DNA of 64,000 nucleotides from Candidatus Limnocylindrales bacterium. GTDB taxonomy: Bacteria > Chloroflexota > Limnocylindria > Limnocylindrales > CSP1-4. The notes beneath the pieces are model-generated. The model had not been told where the DNA came from. It saw nothing but the letters and a program-made list of their open reading frames with translations, and did no database searches. This document shows positions 36,026 to 52,063 of the stretch, piece by piece (the first letter of the stretch is position 1; each line of letters starts with the position of its first letter). The stretch is taken from contig DATLGJ010000020.1 of the NCBI GenBank assembly GCA_035540555.1, positions 58,759-122,758 of the forward strand. The letters are read 5' to 3'. The position numbers and the translations under genes are program-made.

Positions 36026-37042
36026 ATGGCACGCGTCGATTACGGCGGACAGGCACTCCTGGAGGGGGTGCTCATCCGCGGCCGCAATGCGATCGGGGTT
36101 GCCCTGCGTCACCCCGACGGCTCGATCGTCGCCACGGCCGAGTCGCTCAACTCGATCCTCCATCGCAACCGCTTTGCACGCGCGCCGTTCTTCCGCGGGC
36201 TCATCGTCCTCTACGAGATGCTCGTGATCGGCACCCGCTGGCTGATGCGCTCGGGCCAGGTCCAGGCTCGCGCCGCTGGCGAAGAGATGGGCCGCGGCGC
36301 GATCGCACTGACCCTCTTGCTCACGCTGGGCCTGGCGATCGGCCTGTTCGTGCTGCTGCCGCTGCTGATCGCCACCTTCACCACCCGTGCGACGGTGGGC
36401 GCGGACCAGACCCTGATCGAGCACCTGCTCGAGGGCCTCATCCGGGTGGTCGTCTTCGTCGGCTACCTGCTGCTGGTCAGCCAATCGGGCGAGATCCGGC
36501 GGGTGTTCCGCTACCACGGCGCCGAGCACATGACCATTCATGCCTTCGAGCACGGCGACCCGTTGACCGTTCAGAACGTGCGCCGCTATCCGACCGCCCA
36601 CCAGCGCTGCGGCACGGAGTTTCTGGTGGTCTTCATCATCCTGAGCATCCTGCTGTTCAGCATGCTGGCTGGTCAGGACCTGCTGATCAGCATCGTCGGC
36701 CGTCTGGCGCTGCTGCCGGTCATTGCCTCGATCGCCTACGAGATCCTGCGCTTCGGTGCTCGACATCGGCATCGCTGGTGGATCCGCTGGCTGTTCATGC
36801 CGGGCATCTGGCTGCAGGCGATCACTACCAAGCAGCCGGATGACGACATGATCGAGGTGGCCATCGCCTCGATGCGCGAGGCGCTGGCGGCCAACGGGGA
36901 CCCCGCGCCCGAGGGCAGCATCGATCCGGTGCGCCGCCCGATCCCCGAAGCCGAGGAGAGGCCGGCATCCCGGCCGGTCGAGGGCACCGGACTGGAGCCT
37001 GGCAGCGAGCCGTCGGGGTCGGCCGACAGCCTCGCCCAATGA
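36026..37042 (+). CDS. DUF1385 membrane protein
   Basis: [22 protein letters not shown]. Confidence 0.9.
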   Translation: MARVDYGGQALLEGVLIRGRNAIGVALRHPDGSIVATAESLNSILHRNRFARAPFFRGLIVLYEMLVIGTRWLMRSGQVQARAAGEEMGRGAIALTLLLTLGLAIGLFVLLPLLIATFTTRATVGADQTLIEHLLEGLIRVVVFVGYLLLVSQSGEIRRVFRYHGAEHMTIHAFEHGDPLTVQNVRRYPTAHQRCGTEFLVVFIILSILLFSMLAGQDLLISIVGRLALLPVIASIAYEILRFGARHRHRWWIRWLFMPGIWLQAITTKQPDDDMIEVAIASMREALAANGDPAPEGSIDPVRRPIPEAEERPASRPVEGTGLEPGSEPSGSADSLAQ

Positions 37043-38136
37043 CCCTCGAACAGCGGCTCGACGAGGTTGAGCGACGGCTGGACGAGATCGAGCAACAATG
37101 GGCGCAGCCGGACGTGCTGGCCGACCAGGACGCCGCGCGCAGGCTCGGCCAGGAGCACGCGCAGCTGAGCCCGATAGTCGACGAGTACCGCGCACTGCGG
37201 AGGACGCGAGAAGAGCTCGCCAGCGTCCGCCAGTCGCGCGAGACCGAGGCCGATCCCGAGCTGCGCCGCATGGCCCAGGAGCTGCTCGAGGAAGCCGAGC
37301 GCGAGGAGGAGGAACGACTCCGCCGGTTGCGCCTGCTGCTGCTGCCGCAGGACCCGAACGACGAGCGCAACGTCATCGTGGAGATCCGCGCCGGCACCGG
37401 CGGTGAGGAGGCCGCCCTGTTTGCCGCCGAGCTCTTTCGCATGTATACGCGCTACGCCGAGCGTCACCGCTGGCAGACCGAGCTGCTCAGCGCCAGTGAG
37501 ACGGGTATCGGCGGGTTGCGCGAGGTGATCTTCGAGGTTCGCGGGCAGGGCGCCTACAGCCGCTTGAAGTACGAAGGCGGCGTGCATCGCGTGCAGCGCG
37601 TGCCGCAGACCGAATCCAGTGGCCGGATCCATACCTCCACCGCTACGGTGGCGGTGCTGCCCGAGGCGGAGGAGGTCGACGTCCAGATCGACGAGAAGGA
37701 CCTCAAGATCGATGTCTATCGCTCGCAGGGCCCGGGCGGCCAGAGCGTCAACACGACCGACTCTGCCGTCCGGATCACTCACCTGCCGACCGGGCTCGTC
37801 GTCGCGATCCAGGACGAGAAGAGCCAGCACAAGAACAAGGCCAAGGCGATGACCGTACTTCGCTCACGGCTGCTCGAGATGGAGCAGCGCAGGGCGCACG
37901 AAGCTGAGGCCCAGGCGCGTCGCAGCATGGTCGGCTCGGCGGAGCGCTCCGAGAAGATTCGTACGTACAACTTTCCCCAGGATCGCCTGACCGATCACCG
38001 CATCGGCCGAGACCTGCACAACCTGCCGGGGGTTCTCGACGGCGAGCTCGACCGCCTGCTTGACGAGCTGATCGAGATCGACCAGGCCGAGCGACTGGCC
38101 CAGGCAACGGACGAGGCGGGCGGTGCGGCGGCCTGA
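37039..38136 (+). CDS. prfA: Peptide chain release factor 1
   Basis: PQT anticodon-mimic motif, GGQ. Confidence 0.97.
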   Translation: MTLEQRLDEVERRLDEIEQQWAQPDVLADQDAARRLGQEHAQLSPIVDEYRALRRTREELASVRQSRETEADPELRRMAQELLEEAEREEEERLRRLRLLLLPQDPNDERNVIVEIRAGTGGEEAALFAAELFRMYTRYAERHRWQTELLSASETGIGGLREVIFEVRGQGAYSRLKYEGGVHRVQRVPQTESSGRIHTSTATVAVLPEAEEVDVQIDEKDLKIDVYRSQGPGGQSVNTTDSAVRITHLPTGLVVAIQDEKSQHKNKAKAMTVLRSRLLEMEQRRAHEAEAQARRSMVGSAERSEKIRTYNFPQDRLTDHRIGRDLHNLPGVLDGELDRLLDELIEIDQAERLAQATDEAGGAAA

Positions 38137-38145
38137 CCGACAGAG

Positions 38146-39069
38146 GTGAGGGCCGGGGAGAGCAGCGGAACCAGCGCCACCATCGGCGGGCTGCTGACAG
38201 AGGCCACCGGGCGTCTGCGTCAGAGCGGATCCGAAAGCGCCGCGCTCGACGCGCAGCTGCTACTAGGGCACGTTCTGGGGATGGCCCGCGCGGGTGTCCT
38301 GGCCCACACCGAGCTGGTCGTGCCTGCGGCTCAGGCGGCAGCCTTCCGGGCGGCCGTGGAGAGACGCGGCCGTGGTGAGCCTGTCGCCTATATCCGCGGG
38401 ATCAAAGAATTTTTCGGGCTTGCCTTCAGCGTCGATCCGCGTGCGCTCATCCCTCGCCCCGAGACCGAGTCGCTGGTCGAGCTGTGCCTTGAGCGGCTGC
38501 GGGCCCTGCTGACCGGTCGACCCCGACCGGCAGGCAGCGCGCCGCTGCTGGTCTGGGACGTCGGCACGGGCAGCGGTGCCATTGCCGTGAGCCTGGCGGT
38601 GGAGTGCCGGCGACGCGGCTACGCCGCCGATGTCCGTCTCCTGGCGACAGACCTCTCGTCGGATGCCCTCTCGCTGGCCACCGAGAACGCCGTCGGTCAC
38701 GGCGTCGCGGACATGATCACCTTCGGCGTCGCGGACCTGCTGGAGCCGGCGTCGATGCCGGCCGACATTGTCGTGGCCAACCTGCCCTACGTCCCGTCGG
38801 CCGTGGTGCCCAGCCTGTCGGTGGCAGCCAGCTTCGAGCCGACCCTCGCGCTTGACGGTGGCTCGGACGGACTCGATCTGATCCGCCGGCTGCTGGCCAA
38901 TCTGCCATCTGCGCTGGCGGCCGATGGCATGGCGCTGCTCGAGATCGGCGCGGACCAGACGGACGCGCTGAGGGCCGAGGTTCAGCACCGCCTGCCCGGC
39001 TGGCAGATTGCCTTCCACGCCGACCTGGGCGGCCATCCGCGCGTCGCCGAGCTGGCCCGGCCGACATGA
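38146..39069 (+). CDS. prmC: Release factor glutamine methyltransferase
   Basis: [19 protein letters not shown]. Confidence 0.93.
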   Translation: MRAGESSGTSATIGGLLTEATGRLRQSGSESAALDAQLLLGHVLGMARAGVLAHTELVVPAAQAAAFRAAVERRGRGEPVAYIRGIKEFFGLAFSVDPRALIPRPETESLVELCLERLRALLTGRPRPAGSAPLLVWDVGTGSGAIAVSLAVECRRRGYAADVRLLATDLSSDALSLATENAVGHGVADMITFGVADLLEPASMPADIVVANLPYVPSAVVPSLSVAASFEPTLALDGGSDGLDLIRRLLANLPSALAADGMALLEIGADQTDALRAEVQHRLPGWQIAFHADLGGHPRVAELARPT

Positions 39070-39127
39070 TCGGCGCTGGTTCGGTCACAGTCGCCGTCGA
39101 GCCGCTCGCCGCTACACTTGGCCAACC

Positions 39128-40408
39128 ATGAGCGCACCTTCGGCCAGCCAGGCTGCCTGGGCGCCGATCGCCGATGTCGATCCAGAGCTGTGGTCCGCGA
39201 TGCTCGGCGAGGCAGAGCGCCAGCGCTGGAAGATCGAGCTGATCGCGAGCGAGAACTACGCCTTCGCCGCCGTGCTCGAGGCACAGGGCTCGTGGCTCAC
39301 CAACAAGTACGCCGAGGGCCTGCCCGGCCGACGCTACTACGGCGGTTGCGAGTACGTGGACGAGGCGGAGCGGCTGGCCCAGCAGCGGGCGCTTGCCCTC
39401 TTCCCCGGCGCCGAGCACGTCAACGTCCAGCCGCACTCCGGCGCCCAGGCGAACATGGCCGCTTACCTCGCCGTGCTGGAGATCGGCGATCGCATCCTGG
39501 GCATGAACCTGGCCCACGGTGGCCATCTCACCCACGGCTCGCCCGTCAACTTCAGTGGCAGGTGGTTCGATGTCCACGCCTATGGCGTCAGGGAGCAGGA
39601 CGGCCTGATCGACTACGACGCCCTGGCTGAGCAGGCCCGCCAGGTGCGCCCGCGCATGCTCGTGGCGGGCGCCAGCGCGTATCCCCGCATCATTGACTTC
39701 GAGCGGATGGCAGCCATCGCCAGCGAAGTCGGGGCGCTGCTGATGGTCGATATGGCCCACATCGCCGGGCTCGTCGCCGCAGGCCTGCATCCGAGCCCCT
39801 TCCCTCACGCCGACCTGGTCACGACTACCACGCACAAGACGCTGCGCGGACCGCGTGGCGGCATGGTCTTCTGCCGCGCAGACCTGGCCAAGCAGGTCGA
39901 CAAGTCGGTTTTTCCCGGGGTGCAGGGTGGGCCGCTGATGCACGTCATCGCGGGCAAGGCCGTGGGCCTGCTGCTTGCAGCCGCTGAGGAGTTCCGGACC
40001 GACATGCAGCGCACCGTCGGGAACGCGGTCCTCTTGGCCCAGACGCTGGCCGAGCAGGGCGCTCGAGTGGTCTCCGGCGGCACGGACAACCATTTGGCGC
40101 TGGTCGACGTGACCCCGCTCGGCGTCACCGGTCGAGAGGCCGAGAGCCTGCTCGACGGCGTCGGCATCACCGTCAACAAGAACGCAATCCCCTTCGACGC
40201 CAATCCTCCCAACATCGCATCGGGTATCCGCGTCGGGACGCCCGCAACCACCACCCGCGGGTTCGGCACCGAGGAGATGCGAGCTATCGGCCGGCTGATC
40301 GTTGAGGCGATCACGACGCGCGACGACGAGAGCGCCCGGCAACGGCTGGCGGACGAGGTGCGCCAGATGTGCGCGCGCTTCCCGGTCCCGGGCCTGCCGC
40401 AGACTTGA
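39128..40408 (+). CDS. glyA: Serine hydroxymethyltransferase
   Basis: [25 protein letters not shown]. Confidence 0.97.
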   Translation: MSAPSASQAAWAPIADVDPELWSAMLGEAERQRWKIELIASENYAFAAVLEAQGSWLTNKYAEGLPGRRYYGGCEYVDEAERLAQQRALALFPGAEHVNVQPHSGAQANMAAYLAVLEIGDRILGMNLAHGGHLTHGSPVNFSGRWFDVHAYGVREQDGLIDYDALAEQARQVRPRMLVAGASAYPRIIDFERMAAIASEVGALLMVDMAHIAGLVAAGLHPSPFPHADLVTTTTHKTLRGPRGGMVFCRADLAKQVDKSVFPGVQGGPLMHVIAGKAVGLLLAAAEEFRTDMQRTVGNAVLLAQTLAEQGARVVSGGTDNHLALVDVTPLGVTGREAESLLDGVGITVNKNAIPFDANPPNIASGIRVGTPATTTRGFGTEEMRAIGRLIVEAITTRDDESARQRLADEVRQMCARFPVPGLPQT

Positions 40409-41652
40409 CCCAGGCCGCCCTCAACGCCGTCACGACGCACCTGCCCATGGTGCTGCTCGCTGCCGGAGCGGCGGCGTTGGCGAGCTTCCTGTTGACGCCG
40501 CTGGCGATCCGCTTCGCGCCGCGCCTTGGCACGATTGACCAGCCGGGTGCGGAACGTCGGATCCACAAGCGACCGATCCCGCGGAGTGGCGGCCTGGCCA
40601 TCGCGCTGGCGATGGTCGGCGTCGGCGCGGCGGGACTGCTTGCGAACCAGATGCTTGGTTTCGCCCCGCCACTTGGTGCCGTCCGGTCACAGCACGTGCT
40701 CGGCCTCTTTGGCGGTGTGGCCGTGGGGGCGATCCTGGGCTACCTCGACGATCGGTATGAGCTGCGCGCGCGCTGGCAGTTCGCAGGCCAGCTGCTGCTC
40801 GCCGGGATCGCCATCTTCAGCGGTGTGCTGATCACCAACATGGTCAATCCGCTGGGCGGCTCGCCGCTGCAGTTCGCCGGTCCGGCAGCGATGGCGGTCA
40901 CGACGCTGTGGATCATCGGGATGATCAACAGCGTCAACTTCATCGACGGCCTGGATGGCCTGTTGACCGGTATAGCCGTGATCGGCGCGATCACGCTGGG
41001 CGCCGTGTCGTTGCTGATCCCGCCGATCCAGCCCGCCGTCGCCATCCTGTGCGCGTTGCTGGCCGGGGCGCTGCTCGGGTTCCTGCCCTACAACTTCCAC
41101 CCGGCCCGCGTGTTCCTGGGCACCGCTGGCGTCTTCGTCATCGGCTACTCGCTGGCGACCCTATCGGTCATCGGGTCGGCGAAGATCGCCGTGGCCCTGC
41201 TCGTTCTGGGCGTCCCGATCATCGACACGTTCTGGATCATCGTCCGCCGGCTGTCAGAGAGACGCTCGCCGTTCTCTCCCGACCGCGGTCACTTCCACCA
41301 TCGGCTGCTTGACCTGGGGCTCTCCCACAGCCGAGCGGTGCTGGTCATCTACGCAATATGCGTGGTCCTGGCCGTGCTCAGCCTGACGCTATCCGGCCGT
41401 GGCCAGATATCGGCCTTCGTGATCATCGTGGTGGTCGGAGGCGTGGCGCTCTATCTGCTCACCCGACGCGCGCAGGGCGCGCTGGATCGGAGCAGCTATC
41501 CCGAGGAGTCCGAGCCGGGCACCCTGGCAGAGCTTCGCGATGCGGTCATGGAGCCGGCCGAGGAGCGGTCCGAAGACCGCCCGGACGAGCCGCCCGAAAG
41601 TCCCCACCAGCGGACCTCAGTCGGGGTAGCCGGTGAACGGGGCAAGACATGA
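40405..41652 (+). CDS. Undecaprenyl-phosphate GlcNAc-1-P transferase (TagO/WecA, MraY family)
   Basis: [34 protein letters not shown]. Confidence 0.88.
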   Translation: MTQAALNAVTTHLPMVLLAAGAAALASFLLTPLAIRFAPRLGTIDQPGAERRIHKRPIPRSGGLAIALAMVGVGAAGLLANQMLGFAPPLGAVRSQHVLGLFGGVAVGAILGYLDDRYELRARWQFAGQLLLAGIAIFSGVLITNMVNPLGGSPLQFAGPAAMAVTTLWIIGMINSVNFIDGLDGLLTGIAVIGAITLGAVSLLIPPIQPAVAILCALLAGALLGFLPYNFHPARVFLGTAGVFVIGYSLATLSVIGSAKIAVALLVLGVPIIDTFWIIVRRLSERRSPFSPDRGHFHHRLLDLGLSHSRAVLVIYAICVVLAVLSLTLSGRGQISAFVIIVVVGGVALYLLTRRAQGALDRSSYPEESEPGTLAELRDAVMEPAEERSEDRPDEPPESPHQRTSVGVAGERGKT

Positions 41653-41689
41653 GTGGCTGCTATACTCGGGCCGCGTTGCCGGGAGGCCG

Positions 41690-41911
41690 ATGAACGAGCT
41701 GGGGCGGCTGGGAGCCTACCTGGCCCTCTTCTCGGAGATCGCGATCACCTTGCTGGTCGCGACGCTTATCGGGGTTCTGCTCGGATACTGGCTGGACCAG
41801 TCCCTGGGAACGCTGCCCATCTTCGTGGTGGTGGGTTTGCTCCTCGGTTTCGGGGGTGGCGGTTACGGCGTATACCTGCTGATCACCCGCTTCCTGGCCC
41901 GGTTCGAGTAG
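41690..41911 (+). CDS. AtpZ/AtpI family protein
   Basis: Two TM helices with GYWLD, first gene of the atp operon. Confidence 0.8.
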   Translation: MNELGRLGAYLALFSEIAITLLVATLIGVLLGYWLDQSLGTLPIFVVVGLLLGFGGGGYGVYLLITRFLARFE

Positions 41912-42001
41912 AGACGACCTGACAAAGACGGCCCCAGCCAAATTGAGCCCAGAACAGACCGTTCAGCGCGCGGCCGAGCCGCTGCGCCGATTGGGGAGAG
42001 C

Positions 42002-43096
42002 GTGAGCGAAGAAACGCCCGACAAGCGGATGAAGGAGGCGCTCGGCCCGGAGCTCGGCAGCGACGCGGTCGAGGCCACCGGCCAGGTCGTCTTCGGCTTC
42101 CCGCGCAACCGCTTCATGCTGCTGGTGGCCGCCATAGTGGCGATCGTCGCGATGCAGCTGGCGGCGCTGTTCATCGTGCCGCCCTACGCCTGCGAGCCCG
42201 GCGTCGTACCGTGCGAGCCGGCCGCGGATCCCAACCAGGGATTCGCCTTCCCGCGAGATGCCATCCTGGCCAACTTCGAGATGCCCGCCCCGCATGTCGT
42301 CTTCGGCGAGGCGCCCTCGGCGGACATCCTGACCTTCCAGCTCAGCGTGCCAGCGTCGATCTTCACCGGTTGGATCGTGATGTTGGTGATCATCGTGCTT
42401 GCGATCCTGCTGGCGCGCCGAATCGAGATCGTTCCGGGCGGACGGCAGAACGTTCTCGAGTACGTGTACGAGGGACTGGCTAACCTTGCCACCTCGCTCG
42501 GTGGGCCGGCCGCGCGGCGCTATGTGCCCGTCTTCCTGGCCTTCTTCATCTTCATCGTGATGAGCAACTGGAGCGGCCTGCTGCCCTTCGTCGGGCGGAC
42601 CTACGAGCTGCGGGCACCGACGTCGGACGTCAACGTCACCATCGGCTTGGCGCTCGTCGCCTTCACGATGTTCCACGTCGAGGGCGTCCGTCGCCTGGGC
42701 TTCGGCGGCTACTTTGGCAAGTTCTTCAACTTCGGCGCCTTCAGGCAGGGGATCGGCGCCGGCATCATCGGCCTCTTCGTTGGCCTGCTCGAGTTCCTGC
42801 TCGAGTTCGTCAAGCCGGTCACCCTGTCGATGCGTCTCTTCGGCAACATCTACGCCGGCGAGATCGCTCTCGGCGTGATCAGCGCGCTGACCATCTTCCT
42901 GATCCCGGTGGCCATGTTCGGCCTCGAGGTGCTGCTCAACTTCATGCAGGCGCTCATCTTCTCGGCGCTGGCGCTGATGTTCACCCTTGCCGCGATCGAG
43001 CCGCATCACGAGGAGCACCACGACGACGCCGAGCATCCACCGATGCCCGAAGGCAACATCCAACCCGCCCCCAACGGCCAGGCGGCTCACGCCTGA
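42002..43096 (+). CDS. atpB: ATP synthase subunit a
   Basis: PTSDVN, LSMRLFGNIYAGE, QALIF. Confidence 0.93.
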   Translation: MSEETPDKRMKEALGPELGSDAVEATGQVVFGFPRNRFMLLVAAIVAIVAMQLAALFIVPPYACEPGVVPCEPAADPNQGFAFPRDAILANFEMPAPHVVFGEAPSADILTFQLSVPASIFTGWIVMLVIIVLAILLARRIEIVPGGRQNVLEYVYEGLANLATSLGGPAARRYVPVFLAFFIFIVMSNWSGLLPFVGRTYELRAPTSDVNVTIGLALVAFTMFHVEGVRRLGFGGYFGKFFNFGAFRQGIGAGIIGLFVGLLEFLLEFVKPVTLSMRLFGNIYAGEIALGVISALTIFLIPVAMFGLEVLLNFMQALIFSALALMFTLAAIEPHHEEHHDDAEHPPMPEGNIQPAPNGQAAHA

Positions 43097-43158
43097 GCCG
43101 CTGTCAACCAAGGTCCAAGCACCGGGCGCAGCCCGGACAACAGGAGGAACAGGCAAAC

Positions 43159-43371
43159 ATGGAAATCCTCGGAGCAGGCCTCGCTGCGCTCGGCGTCACC
43201 GGGCCGGCCCTCGCTGTCGGCATCCTGACCGGCATGTCGAGCTCGGCCATCTCGCGCAACCCGGACGCGGCCGGCCAGATCCGCGCGACGTTCATCATCG
43301 GGGCAGCCTTCGCAGAAGGCCTGGGCGTGCTCGCGGTGGTCGTCGGCATCCTGATCATCTTCCTGGCCTAG
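43159..43371 (+). CDS. atpE: ATP synthase subunit c
   Basis: RNP loop, AFAEGL carboxylate. Confidence 0.95.
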   Translation: MEILGAGLAALGVTGPALAVGILTGMSSSAISRNPDAAGQIRATFIIGAAFAEGLGVLAVVVGILIIFLA

Positions 43372-43401
43372 GCAGCCGCAGTCGCCGGGAGGTAGTCCAG
43401 C

Positions 43402-43995
43402 GTGGAGCAGCTGTTGGCCGTGATGGTGCCCGCCGGCGAGGCGGTGACCACCGCCCTCGACGCCGAGGCCGGCTTCCAGATCAACCTGTTCTGGGTCGTC
43501 ACGCAGGCGGCCACGTTCCTGCTGTTCCTTGCCATCCTGTGGCTGGTTGCCTTCCGGCGCATCGGCGGAGTGCTCGAAGAGCGCCGCGCGCGCATCGAGC
43601 AGGGCCTGCGCGACGCGGACGAGGCGCGCCAGGACCGGGAAAGAGCCGCGATGGAGCGGGCGGCCGCGCTTACCGCCGCGCGCCAGGAGTCCAACGAGAT
43701 CCTGGCCCGTTCCCAGCGCCTGGCCGAGGAGACGCGCGAGCGCGACCTGGCCGAGACTCGTGCGGAGCTCGAGCGGCTGCGCGAGCGCGCGATGGCCGAC
43801 ATCGAGAACGAACGCCAGCGGGCAATGGCGGACGTGCGAGCTCAGGTAGCCGACCTGGCCTTGCTTGCCGCCGGCCGCGTTGTCGGTGAGACGATGAGCG
43901 ACGAGCGCCAGCGCCGGATGGTCGACGAGTTCCTGCGCGAGGTTGCCGCCGAGCGCAGCGCAGGCCGCGGTCGTCCGGCCGGAGCAGGTGGCTGA
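43402..43995 (+). CDS. atpF: ATP synthase subunit b
   Basis: TM helix plus LEERRARI coiled coil. Confidence 0.92.
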   Translation: MEQLLAVMVPAGEAVTTALDAEAGFQINLFWVVTQAATFLLFLAILWLVAFRRIGGVLEERRARIEQGLRDADEARQDRERAAMERAAALTAARQESNEILARSQRLAEETRERDLAETRAELERLRERAMADIENERQRAMADVRAQVADLALLAAGRVVGETMSDERQRRMVDEFLREVAAERSAGRGRPAGAGG

Positions 43996-44537
43996 TGGCA
44001 CGTCCCTCCAGCTCAGCCCGACGTTACGCTGAGGCAGCCTTCGAGATTGCCGAGCGTGACGGCACAACCGAGCAGTGGCTCGACCAGCTGACCCGGCTTG
44101 GCCAGGCGCTGTCCGACGCGCAGCTCGTCAGGCAGCTGGAGGATCCCGCCGCGCCGCTCGAGGCACGCAGCTCGGCCCTCGTCGGCGCGCTCGGCGCGGA
44201 GATCCTGCCGCCAGTACGCAGACTGCTCGAGCTGGTGCTCCGGCGGCGTCGGCTGGAGGACATCCCGCGCATCGCGACCGAGTTCCGCCGCCTGTACAAC
44301 CGGCGCGCCGGTATCGTCCAGGCGACCGCCATCAGTGCGGCTCCCCTTTCAGACACCGACGTCGCGGAGCTGCGCACCCGTCTCGTTGACATCGCCGGCA
44401 GCCAGGTCGACCTCAGCCTCGAGGTCGACCCTTCGCTCATTGGCGGCATCGCCGTTCGCATCGGCGACCGGCTGATCGACGGCAGCGTCCGCGGTCGCCT
44501 GGAGCGACTGCGCAACCGACTCACAGCGACCGCCTGA
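43995..44537 (+). CDS. atpH: ATP synthase subunit delta
   Basis: [15 protein letters not shown]...IDGSV. Confidence 0.95.
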   Translation: MARPSSSARRYAEAAFEIAERDGTTEQWLDQLTRLGQALSDAQLVRQLEDPAAPLEARSSALVGALGAEILPPVRRLLELVLRRRRLEDIPRIATEFRRLYNRRAGIVQATAISAAPLSDTDVAELRTRLVDIAGSQVDLSLEVDPSLIGGIAVRIGDRLIDGSVRGRLERLRNRLTATA

Positions 44538-44548
44538 CAGGAGATCCC

Positions 44549-46081
<1,533 letters not shown>

Positions 46082-46084
46082 CCG

Positions 46085-48374
<2,290 letters not shown>

Positions 48375-48552
48375 TCGTCCGCCGCGCCGGCGGGTCCTGG
48401 CCTGCGGCCGTGGCCAGCGCCTCGGGCCCGGCGCTAAGCGCCGATGACGGCCCTCGGGCTGGCGCAGCGCCGTGCGGTCACCCGCCGACCGCGAGACCCC
48501 TCTCTCGCCCAATACCAGCCAACTCCTTCTGCGCACGCCGCCGGACCGTCTG

Positions 48553-48981
48553 ATGCCACTTTTGCTCGAGATCGTCACTCCGGAGCGATTGGCCTACAGC
48601 GAGCAGGTCGACAGCGTCGTGTGCCCCGGCATCCAGGGTGAGCTGGGCATCCTGCCGCACCACGCGCCGCTGCTGACCACGCTCGGTGTCGGCGAGTTGC
48701 GCATCAGGCGAGGGGGCGACGAGGAGTACTTCGCCATCGCCGGCGGGTTCCTTCAGGTTCGACCGGACAAGGTGGTGGTCATGGCCGAGACTGCAGACAT
48801 GGCCGCCGAGATCGACCTCGAGAAGGCCGAGGAGGCACGGCGTGAGGCCGAGCGTGCCCTGGCCGAGGGCTTCGACGAACCAGCCGACCTTGCCCGCGCC
48901 CGGGCCTCCCTGCAACGCGCGTTGCTGCGCATCAGGGTCGCCGAGCGTCGCCGACGGGAGGGACCGCGCTCGCGCGGTTAG
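48553..48981 (+). CDS. atpC: ATP synthase subunit epsilon
   Basis: LEIVTPE, GELGILPHHAP, GGFL. Confidence 0.95.
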   Translation: MPLLLEIVTPERLAYSEQVDSVVCPGIQGELGILPHHAPLLTTLGVGELRIRRGGDEEYFAIAGGFLQVRPDKVVVMAETADMAAEIDLEKAEEARREAERALAEGFDEPADLARARASLQRALLRIRVAERRRREGPRSRG

Positions 48982-48985
48982 GCCT

Positions 48986-50332
48986 TTGGCCGGCGATCGC
49001 CTGTTCCACTGGGAGTACCAGGAGCCACCCGTCGCACCGCAGGCGTTCCGCGTCTCGGGCGGCCAGCCCCTGCGCGGCACCGTCCGGGTGAGCGGCGCCA
49101 AGAACGCGGCGCTGAAGCTGCTGGCCGCGGCCACGCTGACCGGCGAGAGATGCCGCTTCACGAACGTGCCCGAGATCGAGGACGTGAGGGTCATGGTCGA
49201 GGTGCTGCGCGACCTGGGCGTGCTGGTGGATCATCCGTCGCCGGGCACGTACGAGGTCGCAGCGGGTGATGTGGAGTGGCTCTTCGTGCCGCTCGAGGCG
49301 GCGGCCAAGATGCGCGCAAGCTTCATCCTGCTTGGCCCGCTGCTCGGCCGCTTCGGCCGGGCGATCATCAGCAACCCCGGCGGTGACCGCATCGGGCGAC
49401 GCCCGGTCAACCTGCACGTGGAGGCAATGCGCCGGCTCGGCGCCGAGATCGAGTACCGCAACGGCTACTACTTCGCGCGCGCGCCGGGCAGGCTGCGCGG
49501 CGCGGAGCTGACCTTTCCGCAGGTGACCGTGATGGGCACCGAGAATGCGATCCTGGCGGCCACGCTTGCCGACGGTACGACCACCATTCGCCCGGCCGCT
49601 CGGGAGCCGGAGGTCGACGACCTCATCGCCTTCCTGCAGAAGATGGGCGCGGAGGTGGAGCGGGCCGATCCGGACACGGTGGTGGTGAGCGGGCGGCGGC
49701 GGCTGCGCGGGGCCGACCATCGCGTGATCTCGGACCGGATCGAGGCCGGCACGTTCGTCGTCGCGGCCGCCGTGACCGGGGGTGAGGTGACCCTTGAATC
49801 GGCGCCATGTGACAACCTCGGGTCCTTCCTCGAGATCTTGGCCCGGGCCGGCGTCTCCATCGCATGCGGCCATGACAGGATCGAGGTTCGCGGCGCGCCG
49901 CTGGGCAGCGGGGCATACGAGGCGTGTGAGGTCGAGACGGCGCCGTACCCGGGTTTGGCGACGGACCTTCAGCCGCCGACCTCGGTCCTGCTGAGCCAGG
50001 CGCGCGGTACGAGCCGCATCCACGAGACGATCTTCGAAGATCGGCTGGAATGGCTCTCACAGTTGGGCCGGCTGGGCGCCCGGATAGAGCTGGTCGACGA
50101 TCACAACGCGCTGATCCATGGTCCGGCCGATCTGCACGGCGCAGAGGTGTCGATGGGCGACCTCCGCGCCGGAGCCTCCATGATCGTGGCGGCCCTCGCC
50201 GCCCAGGGCGAGAGCGTCATTCACGGTGGCCATCACGTCCGACGGGGGTATGAGAACATCGAGCGCAAGTTCCTCGATCTCGGCGCGCAGATCGAGATCG
50301 TCTCGGACACTCAGTCAGGCAGGCCCGCATGA
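48986..50332 (+). CDS. murA: UDP-GlcNAc 1-carboxyvinyltransferase
   Basis: [34 protein letters not shown]; start uncertain. Confidence 0.93.
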   Translation: MAGDRLFHWEYQEPPVAPQAFRVSGGQPLRGTVRVSGAKNAALKLLAAATLTGERCRFTNVPEIEDVRVMVEVLRDLGVLVDHPSPGTYEVAAGDVEWLFVPLEAAAKMRASFILLGPLLGRFGRAIISNPGGDRIGRRPVNLHVEAMRRLGAEIEYRNGYYFARAPGRLRGAELTFPQVTVMGTENAILAATLADGTTTIRPAAREPEVDDLIAFLQKMGAEVERADPDTVVVSGRRRLRGADHRVISDRIEAGTFVVAAAVTGGEVTLESAPCDNLGSFLEILARAGVSIACGHDRIEVRGAPLGSGAYEACEVETAPYPGLATDLQPPTSVLLSQARGTSRIHETIFEDRLEWLSQLGRLGARIELVDDHNALIHGPADLHGAEVSMGDLRAGASMIVAALAAQGESVIHGGHHVRRGYENIERKFLDLGAQIEIVSDTQSGRPA

Positions 50333-51318
50333 AGATCGGTATTGACCTGGGAACGGCCAATATCCTCGTCTACGTCAAGGGACGGGGAGTGGTCATCCAG
50401 GAGCCCAGCGTCGTTGCCGTCAGCGACGACAACCACATCGTCGCCGTGGGCGATGAAGCGCGCGAGATGATCGGCCGTACTCCCGGCAACATCAGCGCCA
50501 TCCGACCGATGAAGGACGGCGTCATCGCGGACTACGTCATCACCGAGGCGATGCTGCGCTACTTCATCAAGAAGGCGGGTCGCTCGTTCACCAAGCCGGA
50601 CGTGATGATCAGCGTCCCGTCGGGAGTGACCAGCGTCGAGAAGCGCGCCGTGCGCGACGCGGCCCTGAAGGCGGGCGCGGGGGAGGCCTACCTGATCGAG
50701 GAGCCACTGGCCGCGGCGATCGGCGCCAACGTGCCCATCAGCAGCCCTTCGGGCAACCTGATCATCGACATCGGCGGGGGCACGAGCGAGATCGCGGTGA
50801 TCTCGCTGGGCGGCATCGTCGTCGCCCGCTCCGTGCGCGTGGGAGGGAACCGCTTCGACGAGTTCATTGCCAACTACGTGCGCAAGAAGTACAACCTGAT
50901 GATCGGCGAGCGGACGGCGGAGGAGATCAAGATCACCATCGGGACTGCCCTGCCCCTCGATCGCGAGCTGCACATGGAAGTGCGCGGGCGCGACCTGATC
51001 GCCGGCCTGCCGCGGACGATCCCGCTGACCAGCTCGGAGGTCACCGAGGCGCTCGAGTCACCCCTGCAGCAGATCGTGGCCACGGTCCGCGCGGTGCTCG
51101 AGGAGACTCCGCCGGAACTGTCGAGCGACATCATCGACAAGGGCATGGTGATGACCGGCGGCGGATCGCTGCTGCGCAACATCGACAAGCTTCTGACCCA
51201 GGTCACGGGCGTTCCCTGCCACGTAGCCGAGAACCCGCTCAACTGCGTGGCACTGGGCACCGGCCTGGCCCTCGAGCACTTCGACTTCTTCAAGAAGTCG
51301 CTCGTGCAAAAGGTCTGA
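50329..51318 (+). CDS. mreB: Rod shape-determining actin homologue
   Basis: [24 protein letters not shown]. Confidence 0.95.
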   Translation: MKIGIDLGTANILVYVKGRGVVIQEPSVVAVSDDNHIVAVGDEAREMIGRTPGNISAIRPMKDGVIADYVITEAMLRYFIKKAGRSFTKPDVMISVPSGVTSVEKRAVRDAALKAGAGEAYLIEEPLAAAIGANVPISSPSGNLIIDIGGGTSEIAVISLGGIVVARSVRVGGNRFDEFIANYVRKKYNLMIGERTAEEIKITIGTALPLDRELHMEVRGRDLIAGLPRTIPLTSSEVTEALESPLQQIVATVRAVLEETPPELSSDIIDKGMVMTGGGSLLRNIDKLLTQVTGVPCHVAENPLNCVALGTGLALEHFDFFKKSLVQKV

Positions 51319-51326
51319 GCGGTTCC

Positions 51327-52052
51327 ATGCTCGGCCCGGACACGGGCTCTGGACGACAGCGCTCGTTCATCGACCTGCACTGCCACACGGCGGCTTCCTT
51401 CGACAGCCTCAGCCGGCCCGAGGCGGTTGCCCGCACTGCCGCGGCCCGCGGCCTGACCCACCTGGCCATCACCGACCACGAACGGATCGATGGCGCGCTG
51501 CAGGCGCGCGAGGCTGCGCCGCCGGGGCTGTCGGTTATCGTCGGTCAGGAGGTGCGCACGCGCGGAGGGGATCTCATCGGCCTGTACCTTGAGCGGCCGA
51601 TACCGCCGGGGCTGGCCGCCAGCGAGACAGCCGACGCCATTCACGAGCAGGGTGGTCTCGTCGGCCTGCCGCACCCCTTCGACCGCTTCCGTGCGAGCGG
51701 CGCACGCCGCAACAGCGATCGTGACTGGCTTGCGCTCTTGGAGCGGGTCGACTACATCGAGGCCTGGAACGCACGGATCATGGTCGGCGACGGCAACCTC
51801 CGTGCCGCCGAGCTGGCCCACGAGCGAGGACTACCGGGCGTGGCTGCCTCCGATGCGCACACCTTGATGGAGGTGGGCGTCGCCTACACCGCGGTCGAGG
51901 GGCACATTACTAACGCCGCACAGCTGCGCGCCGCCTTCGCCCAAGCGAACCTCGTCACCGGCCGATCTTCTCGGCTGATCCGCGCCGGCATGCCGCTGGC
52001 CAAGGGTCTCCAATGGCTGCGCGGCAACCGCCGTCTGCAGGTCGGCGCCTGA
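51327..52052 (+). CDS. PHP-domain phosphoesterase
   Basis: DLHCHT, ITDH, PHPF, SDAH. Confidence 0.88.
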   Translation: MLGPDTGSGRQRSFIDLHCHTAASFDSLSRPEAVARTAAARGLTHLAITDHERIDGALQAREAAPPGLSVIVGQEVRTRGGDLIGLYLERPIPPGLAASETADAIHEQGGLVGLPHPFDRFRASGARRNSDRDWLALLERVDYIEAWNARIMVGDGNLRAAELAHERGLPGVAASDAHTLMEVGVAYTAVEGHITNAAQLRAAFAQANLVTGRSSRLIRAGMPLAKGLQWLRGNRRLQVGA

Positions 52053-52063
52053 CGAGGAAGACG

